Shown here piece by piece: positions 38,164 through 46,152 of a DNA stretch of 58,298 nucleotides. This stretch comes from a virus. Taxonomy: Duplodnaviria; Caudoviricetes. The translations under genes were made by a program, and so were the position numbers. Numbering within the stretch: position 1 is the first letter of the stretch; each line of letters begins with the position of its first letter. The notes under the pieces are model-generated. The model saw nothing but the letters and a program-made list of their open reading frames with translations, had not been told where the DNA came from and made no database searches. The DNA lies in IMG/VR virus record IMGVR_UViG_3300032334_001544, positions 1-58,298 of that record; one strand, 5' to 3'.

Positions 38164-38363
38164 AGAAGCCTGTTGTCCCTGAAGACACCTGCCCATACAT
38201 TGATATGGTGCAGGATCTCATGGACAATATAGCTAGTAGTGAGGACGTTAGCTGGCGTAGCGATCAAGCTACGCTGGCCAAAGCCTTGTTGGAATATATC
38301 CGCGAGAGCAATCTGAGACTGCGGACCAGCAGCAAGTTCTGGCATGACAAATATCGTCCTTAA
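38142..38363 (+). CDS. hypothetical protein
   Basis: VP.DTCP.ID...LEYIR..N..LR motif. Confidence 0.6.
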   Translation: MAQRTVVKKPVVPEDTCPYIDMVQDLMDNIASSEDVSWRSDQATLAKALLEYIRESNLRLRTSSKFWHDKYRP

Positions 38364-38368
38364 AGTTG

Positions 38369-38407
38369 TTGACACGGTCAGATACCGTGTTATATTAAAT
38401 TATAAAC
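38369..38407 (+). promoter_or_regulatory. early promoter with palindromic spacer
   Basis: TTGACA-N16-TATATT; ACACGGT-N5-ACCGTGT palindrome. Confidence 0.75.
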
Positions 38408-38424
38408 ACAGATGGAGATGCACC

Positions 38425-38667
38425 ATGTATAACAAAAAAGCCTATGCCGTATACACCCACAAGAATTGCACCCTCGCTGAGTGGAAGCAGCATGTGCTAA
38501 CTGAATATGCCAAGCTGGGCATCGATCCTGCTACTGTACGCCCCCTGCGTGAACAGCATGCCTGGGAAGGTGGAGACACCACCATGGGCTGGGCACAGCA
38601 TGTGTGGAATCAGCAAAAGATGCAAGCCCGTACCAAATTGGTAAAACTCCTCAACCCTGAAAAGTAA
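38425..38667 (+). CDS. hypothetical early protein
   Basis: GGAG RBS after promoter; starts MYNKKAY. Confidence 0.6.
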   Translation: MYNKKAYAVYTHKNCTLAEWKQHVLTEYAKLGIDPATVRPLREQHAWEGGDTTMGWAQHVWNQQKMQARTKLVKLLNPEK

Positions 38668-38677
38668 GGCACACGCC

Positions 38678-38863
38678 ATGGAAAAGTTCAACGGAATGTT
38701 CCTGGTGTCCACAGGCTTGGTGCTCACCATCATGGCAGTTGCAGGCATAGAAGCCAGCACAAATGACCAGGCATTGATCGGAGGGTTCCTGGTCAGCCTC
38801 ATGGGTGGCCTGATCCTTGCTTGTGGGGTGCTGATGTTGGACAGGGTCGACGATCGTCGTTGA
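38678..38863 (+). CDS. small two-TM membrane protein
   Basis: Two hydrophobic helices. Confidence 0.6.
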   Translation: MEKFNGMFLVSTGLVLTIMAVAGIEASTNDQALIGGFLVSLMGGLILACGVLMLDRVDDRR

Positions 38864-38910
38864 TGTGCTATCATATAGTTTGTATGTGTAAATTGATCAA
38901 GGATTAACAG

Positions 38911-39126
38911 ATGAACATCGATGATTTGAAATATATCTTCCGTAAGGAGATCGATCGCAAGGATGAGTATCTCTACTTCATGTTGGAGGATGCTGACGCC
39001 GAATACGACAATACCGTTATTCGACACCCTGCTGACGAACTCGAAGATCTGGTGCCCTTGTTAGACTGCTTCATCTATACTGAAACAAAAGAGATGCCCA
39101 GGTTCAAGAAAGGGTACCTATGTTAG
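38911..39126 (+). CDS. hypothetical protein
   Basis: AAGGA RBS. Confidence 0.5.
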   Translation: MNIDDLKYIFRKEIDRKDEYLYFMLEDADAEYDNTVIRHPADELEDLVPLLDCFIYTETKEMPRFKKGYLC

Positions 39127-39539
39127 AATGTCTGATAGCAGGTGACAGTATCGCAGTGGGCATCCAGCAGTTTGCCCGGCAGTGTGAGATAGTGGCCAAG
39201 GGTGGCATCAACAGCTGGCAGTTCAATAAGATGTATCCCATGCCGCTTACTGCTCGCACGGTGGTGATCAGCATGGGTTCCAACGATCACAAGGGCGTGA
39301 GAACTAAAGAAGAACTGATCCGTATCCGCGAGCGTGTTACTGCTGAACGAGTGTTCTGGGTATTGCCGCACGGCAACCTACACGCTCCACAGAACTTACC
39401 AATAGAACAGATCCAGCAGTGGGTGCGTGAGGTAGCAGCTCAGCATGGGGATAGCATAATCCCTATCCGCAATGTGCAACCAGATAGGATCCATCCCAGC
39501 AGTGCTGGCTATAGAGACATAGCGGAGAAGATGCGATGA
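39120..39539 (+). CDS. SGNH/GDSL hydrolase
   Basis: GDS block I, SMGSND block III, DRIHP block V. Confidence 0.8.
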   Translation: MLECLIAGDSIAVGIQQFARQCEIVAKGGINSWQFNKMYPMPLTARTVVISMGSNDHKGVRTKEELIRIRERVTAERVFWVLPHGNLHAPQNLPIEQIQQWVREVAAQHGDSIIPIRNVQPDRIHPSSAGYRDIAEKMR

Positions 39540-39877
39540 TGGATTACACACCAGACCGTTGGATCGTAGTCAACTTCGTCAACAACGGAGAACGGTTCAA
39601 CAAGGTGTTGGCAGAGTGGAAGGGTGGCTACTTAGATGGCGATCACTGGCAGATGAACAGTGGCATCACCGCTGTTGAAGAAGAGGGCGACTACTGGCTG
39701 TTCCATGGTGCCAGCGGCAGCGTATATCGCTGTGCCAAGGGTCGCTATGGTGTCACAGGTTTGGCTGCGAGTGTACTGAGGAATCTGCTTGACAAAAACT
39801 CAGACACTGTTACTATTGTATTGTTGCCTGAGGACACAGATTGGTCACAGTTAGAGATGGTGGAGAAGAACCAATGA
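39536..39877 (+). CDS. conserved phage hypothetical protein
   Basis: PDRW..V, W.GGYLDGD.W..NSGI, G.SGS.Y.C. Confidence 0.7.
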   Translation: MMDYTPDRWIVVNFVNNGERFNKVLAEWKGGYLDGDHWQMNSGITAVEEEGDYWLFHGASGSVYRCAKGRYGVTGLAASVLRNLLDKNSDTVTIVLLPEDTDWSQLEMVEKNQ

Positions 39878-40278
39878 CTGGATTTAAGACATATCAGCGT
39901 ATGCGTGATCTGGATCAGGCTTGTGCAAGCCTGGGAATGGTACTAGCAGATGGCAGCAGCTACAGTACCCTCAGTTATCGTTATCCCAGTGGTGGGTCGG
40001 CGGATCAGTTTTTCATCTGTGTGCCAGAAGATGACGGCACTAGCTTGCCTGTATACAGCCGTGGTATACCATTGTTTAGTGGTGATCTAGATGCCTGTGA
40101 ATCGTTTATCGTAGGCTGGCGTAGACATGCAGAATACACCTCAGCACTGGGGTTTAGCAAGAAGATCGCCACAGCTGAACGTAAGACCGTCGACCACTTC
40201 AAGGGTGAGCGTATCAAGCGGGCTATCATGGAAGGCAAGGATCCTGGAGTATTACCAAATGCTGACTCCCCTTCGTGA
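39874..40278 (+). CDS. hypothetical protein
   Basis: ATGA overlap; starts MTGFKTY. Confidence 0.55.
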   Translation: MTGFKTYQRMRDLDQACASLGMVLADGSSYSTLSYRYPSGGSADQFFICVPEDDGTSLPVYSRGIPLFSGDLDACESFIVGWRRHAEYTSALGFSKKIATAERKTVDHFKGERIKRAIMEGKDPGVLPNADSPS

Positions 40279-40669
40279 TGACCTCATGGTCCAGCAACAG
40301 GTACACACCCGCTGGCAGCATATGGTGGGTGTGATAATGCTGAACCAGACTGGTCGCAAGCCGGTCAAGACCGTGTTGCCAGAATTCCTCAGCCGTTGGC
40401 CAGACGCAGTGTCTTATCTGGACAGTAGTCCTGCAGATGTGGTAGAGGTGATCTGTCCCCTGGGCTTCTATAATCGCAGGGAGAAAACCATACGCCGTAT
40501 GAGTGAAGACTTCCTCAAGTGGGACTTGACAGACGCTACCCAGCTGTATGGTATCGGGCAGTACGGTTCGGAGAGCTATCGTATCTTCTGGTTGGGTCAA
40601 CGGTTCGAACCACAAGACAAGGAACTGCGTCGTTACCTGGGATACCCACAACTGGAAAAAAATAGTTGA
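40259..40669 (+). CDS. HhH-GPD DNA glycosylase, MBD4-like
   Basis: W...V.I.LNQT, PLG.Y..R, LYGIGQYGSESYRIF, PQDKEL align by eye with the MBD4 glycosylase domain. Confidence 0.75.
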   Translation: MLTPLRDDLMVQQQVHTRWQHMVGVIMLNQTGRKPVKTVLPEFLSRWPDAVSYLDSSPADVVEVICPLGFYNRREKTIRRMSEDFLKWDLTDATQLYGIGQYGSESYRIFWLGQRFEPQDKELRRYLGYPQLEKNS

Positions 40670-40701
40670 CAGCCACATATTCCATGCTAATATAAATTAT
40701 A
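40666..40701 (+). promoter_or_regulatory. early promoter
   Basis: A-tract, TTGACA-N16-TAATAT-aaa-TTATAA. Confidence 0.65.
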
Positions 40702-40717
40702 AGCAGAGGAGATAGCC

Positions 40718-41080
40718 ATGCGTGTGGTAGTCCGTAATCTAAAATATGCCAAGCGGCATCTTTATGCTGGCTCACAACCTGAGTTCTTCGTATATCAGGG
40801 CGACCCTGTCACAACATATAAATGGAGCGCACCTGGCACTGTGTGCCTGACCACCAGTGATCCCAAATGGCCTGTGCGTGAGATCCATCCTGACATGATC
40901 GTGAGCATAGACGATGATGTGGTGCAAGCCAAACCCGTGAGCACTGATCGTGTGATCACTATAGCTGGCAGCAAAGGCTCCACATACCATGTGTCCATAA
41001 GCGGTGGCAAGACCACTTGCAGTTGCCCAGGTTTCGGATTCCGTAAAGATTGTAAACATGTTCGTGAGTTGGTACAATGA
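40718..41080 (+). CDS. SWIM zinc-finger protein
   Basis: GS.G..Y.V...CSCPGF.FR..CKH. Confidence 0.75.
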   Translation: MRVVVRNLKYAKRHLYAGSQPEFFVYQGDPVTTYKWSAPGTVCLTTSDPKWPVREIHPDMIVSIDDDVVQAKPVSTDRVITIAGSKGSTYHVSISGGKTTCSCPGFGFRKDCKHVRELVQ

Positions 41081-41424
41081 TGAAGTTGAAGGGAATGGTC
41101 ATCCGTGATGCTATCGTGGATGAAGACAGCGTCACTCTCCAGTTTGATTTCGGTCGGCTAACTCTCAGCGACTACGGTCAGTGTTGCTGCGAAACCCGCT
41201 ACATGAGCACTGATGATGACATCAAGAGCCTGATCGGTAGCCGCTTTGTCTGCTACGAAGTCAAGGACGGTGATTATCAGGGGGCTGAAGATGAGTATAT
41301 GCAGCATGATGTGCAGTTCCTGGAGATCCAGACTGACTCAGGGTTCGTCACATTGGTCAACCACAATGAGCACAACGGATATTATTCAGGTTTCAGCATC
41401 GAAGAAAGATGGTCTGGTACCTGA
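41077..41424 (+). CDS. conserved phage hypothetical protein
   Basis: Q.CCE and N.HNGYYS motifs. Confidence 0.65.
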   Translation: MMKLKGMVIRDAIVDEDSVTLQFDFGRLTLSDYGQCCCETRYMSTDDDIKSLIGSRFVCYEVKDGDYQGAEDEYMQHDVQFLEIQTDSGFVTLVNHNEHNGYYSGFSIEERWSGT

Positions 41425-41427
41425 ATA

Positions 41428-41736
41428 ATGTCCTACGCTTTCAAACATTTCCTTGACTCACAGGACAGGACTGAACCTGTGCCTGATAGCCATGTTGCTA
41501 TAAAGTTAGATCGATTCCGTATCGGATCTAAAGACGATACACCCATGACCGATCTGCGTGAGGAATGGAACAAGGTAGAGAACCTGGCAATAATCAGCTG
41601 GATAGAAGATCAGGGCTGGGAATATGAGATCTTCTTGACCAATGAATACAGGCCAGATCTGGAAGTTTTTGATGTGATCATGATGTTGGTGCTGACCAAG
41701 GAAGCAGCCACGGTATATCTGTTGAGGTGGGTATGA
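41428..41736 (+). CDS. LRW-terminal family small protein 1
   Basis: Ends EAATVYLLRWV. Confidence 0.65.
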   Translation: MSYAFKHFLDSQDRTEPVPDSHVAIKLDRFRIGSKDDTPMTDLREEWNKVENLAIISWIEDQGWEYEIFLTNEYRPDLEVFDVIMMLVLTKEAATVYLLRWV

Positions 41737-41966
41737 CAGAAGTTCGCATCAGTTTTGTGATGTGGAATGATGATTCGCGTTGGGTCCAAACTCTAGATTA
41801 TACCCCAATGTGGAATAATTTTTCTGCTAGCATCTGGACTGATTACAGCCGTGAACCAAGTAGTAGAGAAATTTTGCAAACAGATTATAATGCCCGTATT
41901 GAAAAAAATGACATCGTATTTGCCACAGAAGAGGATGCAGTGAGATTCATACTGAGGTGGTCATGA
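41733..41966 (+). CDS. LRW-terminal family small protein 2
   Basis: Ends FATEEDAVRFILRWS. Confidence 0.7.
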   Translation: MTEVRISFVMWNDDSRWVQTLDYTPMWNNFSASIWTDYSREPSSREILQTDYNARIEKNDIVFATEEDAVRFILRWS

Positions 41967-42190
41967 GTCCTACTACCGACTGGCACAAGATCGAGGTCAC
42001 AGGTGATCTAGGTATGCGGGCTGCAATGGGTTCCTGGTGCAGGGATCAGTTTGGGCCGCCCTGGAAAGCTGTGGATAATCGTGACGGTCGCTGGTGTTTT
42101 TTCTGGTGTGGACCTAGAGATCATGACTACTATAGGTTCCAGTTCCGTGAACAAGCAGATGCTGTGTTGTTTGCATTGAGGTGGTCATGA
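41963..42190 (+). CDS. LRW-terminal family small protein 3
   Basis: WCRDQFG; ends FREQADAVLFALRWS. Confidence 0.7.
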   Translation: MSPTTDWHKIEVTGDLGMRAAMGSWCRDQFGPPWKAVDNRDGRWCFFWCGPRDHDYYRFQFREQADAVLFALRWS

Positions 42191-42438
42191 CTCGTCGCAT
42201 ACGCTGGGAGATTGTAAAAGGCAATCCATTATGGTTACGGGGCATACGCTGTCGCAATCCTAATCCCACCAGCTTTACCCAGTCCATGGAACCTGAACGC
42301 AATGCTGTGTACAATGAGATGAGACCCTTTATTGATCAGTCCAACGAGCAGGGATTGAATGTCAGATGGTTGGGGCAGTCGCTGATAGCATTTGACAGCG
42401 AGGAAGATCTCACATTGTTCTTGTTGAGGTGGTCATGA
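42187..42438 (+). CDS. LRW-terminal family small protein 4
   Basis: Ends FDSEEDLTLFLLRWS. Confidence 0.7.
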   Translation: MTRRIRWEIVKGNPLWLRGIRCRNPNPTSFTQSMEPERNAVYNEMRPFIDQSNEQGLNVRWLGQSLIAFDSEEDLTLFLLRWS

Positions 42439-42653
42439 AGTTCCGGTTCCTCATGGTGGAGATGACTGAACCAGAATGGGCCAAATTACGACAACAATTA
42501 ATTGATGAATATGGCATCAGCATATTTCTAAGCTGGCGTATGAAGGCTGAATTAGGTTGTGTTCGTCGGTTTGGTGTATATCCTTCTGATATGATATACC
42601 TTGACTTCTTCGATGAGATGTCCTACACTACATTCGCATTGAGGTATTCATGA
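42435..42653 (+). CDS. LRW-terminal family small protein 5
   Basis: Ends FFDEMSYTTFALRYS. Confidence 0.7.
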   Translation: MKFRFLMVEMTEPEWAKLRQQLIDEYGISIFLSWRMKAELGCVRRFGVYPSDMIYLDFFDEMSYTTFALRYS

Positions 42654-42940
42654 TAGAGAACATCAGAGACTTATGGGAATGGATCAGGGAAGATTGGTAT
42701 GACAACCGATTCCGATTCATTCTGGAAGTGCTGTGTTGGCTGGACAGCATGGCTTGTGCAGTGATCGTCAATGTCACGGTTCCAGATTTGCCATTCAAAC
42801 TGTTGTATCCCCTGTGGATTTCAGGCACATTGATCTATGCCTGGTGTGCTTACAGCCGCGGTAGTTTTGGCATGTTAGTGACCTTCCTGATGATAGCAAG
42901 CATGGATAGCATAGGATACATCAAGATCCTGATCAGATAA
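42650..42940 (+). CDS. membrane protein
   Basis: About three hydrophobic helices. Confidence 0.65.
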   Translation: MIENIRDLWEWIREDWYDNRFRFILEVLCWLDSMACAVIVNVTVPDLPFKLLYPLWISGTLIYAWCAYSRGSFGMLVTFLMIASMDSIGYIKILIR

Positions 42941-42962
42941 TTACTCAGAGGGGGGATCATGA

Positions 42963-43289
42963 ATGAAACGCTTACTGGGTAAGACTGTCAACATCCTGGG
43001 TTATGAATATCAGATATGCGAATTAGCAGAACATCTGAGAAGCAAGATGGACGGTGTATGCATGACCAAACAACAGCAGATCGAATATGATCCTGATCTC
43101 CAAGGCATGGCAGCAGCAGATGTCACCATACACGAGCTGCTACACGCCATAGATCACATCATGTATCTGGAACTGGGTGAAGGAAATGTGCGCCGGCTGG
43201 GAATCGCATTCAGTAACCTATTGATAAACAATCCCATCTTGCTGGAATTCCTATTGGAAATAGCTAACAAACAGAAAAAAAACACTTGA
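42963..43289 (+). CDS. HExxH zinc metallopeptidase-like protein
   Basis: G.C......I, TIHELLHAI, E..V. Confidence 0.7.
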   Translation: MKRLLGKTVNILGYEYQICELAEHLRSKMDGVCMTKQQQIEYDPDLQGMAAADVTIHELLHAIDHIMYLELGEGNVRRLGIAFSNLLINNPILLEFLLEIANKQKKNT

Positions 43290-43322
43290 CCCATCTGTCA
43301 TCTGTGTTATATTGGATTATAA
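43286..43322 (+). promoter_or_regulatory. early promoter
   Basis: A-tract, TTGACC-N16-TATATT-gga-TTATAA. Confidence 0.7.
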
Positions 43323-43331
43323 GCAGAGGAG

Positions 43332-43631
43332 ATGGCAAGCATGACCGATATCAACAGCGAGACAACAGGCACGATCACCATCCGTGGACTGTTCCGTGAC
43401 AAATTCTTCCTCAAAGGTTATGCAGACGTATCCCGCGAACGCGGCTGGGATGATGAATATGACAAATGGTATTCAGGTGCTCAGTGGAATTACGAGCGTG
43501 GTCGCCAATACGCTGCTGCCACTGCCAGCAAGATGCCACCCAAGGTCAAGACACTGAGCGGCAAGGTTGTGCTCAGCCGTGATGCCCAGTGGGCCATGGG
43601 TGATCTGCTTCGTGCCAACGCTATCATGTAA
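43332..43631 (+). CDS. hypothetical protein
   Basis: GAGGAG RBS; QWNYERGR motif. Confidence 0.6.
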   Translation: MASMTDINSETTGTITIRGLFRDKFFLKGYADVSRERGWDDEYDKWYSGAQWNYERGRQYAAATASKMPPKVKTLSGKVVLSRDAQWAMGDLLRANAIM

Positions 43632-43642
43632 GGAGAGAGAAA

Positions 43643-44245
43643 ATGCCAAACTGGTGTTCAAATAATGTCATCGTCCGCCATGAAGATCCAGAACAGATCG
43701 CAAAGGTAGTCAAAGGTTATTCAGAGGGTAGCCTGTTCTCAGAATTCTTTCCATGCCCAGCAGAATTATCTGCTCCCATGGAAATTGGTGAAAACTATAA
43801 TGACCGTGTGGCTGCGCAGGAAGTTGTCAACAAGGAAAAATATGGTTATACTGGCTGGCATGATTGGTGTATCAACAACTGGGGTACCAAGTGGGATGCT
43901 GGCAACGAAAATGACGAGGATCTGGATTGTGCTGATCCCAACATGGTGCAGCTCAGCTTCGATACTGCCTGGCAACCGCCCGTGGCATTCTTCGAGAAGC
44001 TGACAGAGCTGGGATTCGACATCACTGCCTTGTATCTGGAAGAAGGCCAGGGCTTCGTGGGTAAGTACACCAATGCAGAAGGCGACGAGAGTTTCAATTT
44101 CGATGGTGCAGAAGACCTGGCGGACATTCCCGATGACATCAGACAATTCTGGGACTTGGACACCATCTGCGAATGGCGCGAGGAAAGCGACCTGGATCTG
44201 GATGACGAAGAAGATGAAGACGAACCTGTACAGGATGAAGGATAA
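43643..44245 (+). CDS. DUF1281/Api92-like ferredoxin-fold protein
   Basis: MPNWCSN, W.DW...NWGTKW, FDTAW.PP. Confidence 0.8.
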   Translation: MPNWCSNNVIVRHEDPEQIAKVVKGYSEGSLFSEFFPCPAELSAPMEIGENYNDRVAAQEVVNKEKYGYTGWHDWCINNWGTKWDAGNENDEDLDCADPNMVQLSFDTAWQPPVAFFEKLTELGFDITALYLEEGQGFVGKYTNAEGDESFNFDGAEDLADIPDDIRQFWDLDTICEWREESDLDLDDEEDEDEPVQDEG

Positions 44246-44418
44246 TAACACCTGAACACATAACCCCTGCCTGCCGGCTGGCCTATGCAAAAGGTTATCT
44301 GGCAGGTTATCACCAACAGCCCAAAGAATGCCCATATCAGGAACCTGATATGGAATTGGCTGCTGCTTGGCTCAGGGGATATGAAATGGCCGAGACAGAT
44401 TGGGGATTGTTCAGATGA
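44242..44418 (+). CDS. ribosome modulation factor (Rmf/CrpP)-like protein, no in-frame ATG (not in ORF track)
   Basis: RLAYAKGYLAG....KECPYQ.......AWLRGY against Rmf RA..RGYQAG..G.....CPY......WLGGW; its stop overlaps the next ATG. Confidence 0.55.
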   Translation: MITPEHITPACRLAYAKGYLAGYHQQPKECPYQEPDMELAAAWLRGYEMAETDWGLFR

Positions 44419-45128
44419 CTGGACAGATAACAGCATATCGCATATTTCCAGATGATAACCGTGTGAGGATCCTACCTGCTCCACGCGAACGTGCCTGGAT
44501 GGATCGGACTACCAGCGAATATGCCTATCGTTGCCTGCCCATGGCCATGGCCAACCAATTGGGTTGGAGCGTGTATCCCAATACCACCATAGCATTGGTA
44601 TGGGATGGCACTGATGCACTGGATGCCATAAAGATAAATGATTGTGATGGTATCGCTGCCAGCATATTTGGTTTTGGTATCGTGACCTTCCATATCATGC
44701 ATCTGATCCAGACCCCTGCAGATGTGAACCTGTTCATCGGTGGGCAAACCAATCATGTGATACCAGGCATACAAGCACTCAACGGTTACATGGAATCAGA
44801 CTGGGCACCTTATACATTCACCATGAACTGGCAGATGACCCATCCAGGTGAAGTGGTGGTGTTCACACCCAATGATGCCATCTGCCATTTCTTCCCTGTG
44901 TCACGTGGCAGCGTGGAAAGTTATAACTTGCAGGTCAAAGAGATCGCAGAAAATCCGGTGTTGGCAGATCAACACGATCAGTTTAACCATAGCCGCAGGG
45001 ATTTCCATGCCAATTTGATGGACCAGCAAGGGCAATGGCAGAAGAATTATTTTCAAGGCAAGTATCCTGACGGCAGCCGTTGCCCTGTCAATCACCAAAC
45101 CAAACTCACATTGAAAGGTCCCAAATGA
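44415..45128 (+). CDS. DUF6065-like protein
   Basis: R.WMD...AYRCLP..MAN..GW, FG.G..TF, E.DW..YTFTMNW, WQK.Y..G. Confidence 0.7.
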   Translation: MTGQITAYRIFPDDNRVRILPAPRERAWMDRTTSEYAYRCLPMAMANQLGWSVYPNTTIALVWDGTDALDAIKINDCDGIAASIFGFGIVTFHIMHLIQTPADVNLFIGGQTNHVIPGIQALNGYMESDWAPYTFTMNWQMTHPGEVVVFTPNDAICHFFPVSRGSVESYNLQVKEIAENPVLADQHDQFNHSRRDFHANLMDQQGQWQKNYFQGKYPDGSRCPVNHQTKLTLKGPK

Positions 45129-45319
45129 TTTACACAATGATAGTGATCACATACATCAACAACATGGGCAACTGGAACATCCATCGCCAGTATTTTACCA
45201 GCCGTGAGATATGTGAGTTCGTGGCAGAGCAGGTCAATGCCAACGGAAAAAACACACGCAACAAGGTACAACAGGCTAAATGTCTGGAAGGCAGACAGGA
45301 CGGAGAGATCATAAACTGA
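45125..45319 (+). CDS. hypothetical protein
   Basis: ATGA overlap; F.S...C..A...C motif. Confidence 0.55.
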   Translation: MIYTMIVITYINNMGNWNIHRQYFTSREICEFVAEQVNANGKNTRNKVQQAKCLEGRQDGEIIN

Positions 45320-46152
45320 TGCGCATACAGATAGCCAGCGACTTCCATCTGGAACACCGCAACGACATCCCTGAGTTCAACAACGCAGGTGCTGATGTAC
45401 TGATCCTTGCTGGCGACATCTGTCAGGCTGAATGGTTTTACAACAATCCACGGGATCGTGTACCTGAGCCAGGAATGAGCAGCAACTGGCGCGGATATGA
45501 TGCTGCCAGGTTCAGGCAATTCTTCCAACACTGTTCAGATAACTGGCGCATGGTGCTGTATGTGTCAGGCAACCATGAGCATTATGATGGTCGTTGGGAG
45601 CGCACAAGCCAAATCCTGCGTACAGAGATGGAAGCATATCACAACATTCGTTATATGGATCAGGATTGCCTGTTATATGAAGGAGTCAAGTTCCTGGGTG
45701 TGCCCTTGTGGACTGACTTCAAGAATGCCGATCCCAATGTCATGTGGACTGCCAAGAGTTTCATGAGCGACTATCGTTGGATCAAACATTTTACAGCTGG
45801 TCAGTGGGGCAAGTTGCGTCCACAAGACACTCTGGAAAAGCATCGTTCAGATGTGGAATATCTCCGACACTGGGTGGAAATTGACAAGACACCCACTGTG
45901 ATTATTGGGCATCATGCACCCAGCTTGCAAAGCATCCATGAGATGTATAAGAATCAGGCTGACATGAACTATGCTTTCTGTTCAGATCTAGATCATATGA
46001 TGTGGGATTACGATCAGATCAAACTGTGGGTGCATGGCCATGTCCACAGTGCTTTCGATTATACTGTTAACCAGACCCGTGTGGTGTGCAATCCCCTGGG
46101 TTATCCTAGAGAACAAAACCAGTTTAACCCAGGGTTGGTTATTGAGGTTTAG
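45319..46152 (+). CDS. calcineurin-like metallophosphoesterase
   Basis: SDFHLE, LAGDI, GNHEHY, LWTDF, HHAPS, HGHVH, NP.GY. Confidence 0.9.
   Translation: MRIQIASDFHLEHRNDIPEFNNAGADVLILAGDICQAEWFYNNPRDRVPEPGMSSNWRGYDAARFRQFFQHCSDNWRMVLYVSGNHEHYDGRWERTSQILRTEMEAYHNIRYMDQDCLLYEGVKFLGVPLWTDFKNADPNVMWTAKSFMSDYRWIKHFTAGQWGKLRPQDTLEKHRSDVEYLRHWVEIDKTPTVIIGHHAPSLQSIHEMYKNQADMNYAFCSDLDHMMWDYDQIKLWVHGHVHSAFDYTVNQTRVVCNPLGYPREQNQFNPGLVIEV

Noticed and set aside
41723-42653. CRISPR array or integron attC sites at the repeated junctions
   Set aside because: Repeats are only 14 nt, spaced 215-250 nt apart by full ORFs, non-palindromic, with no cas or integrase gene in the window
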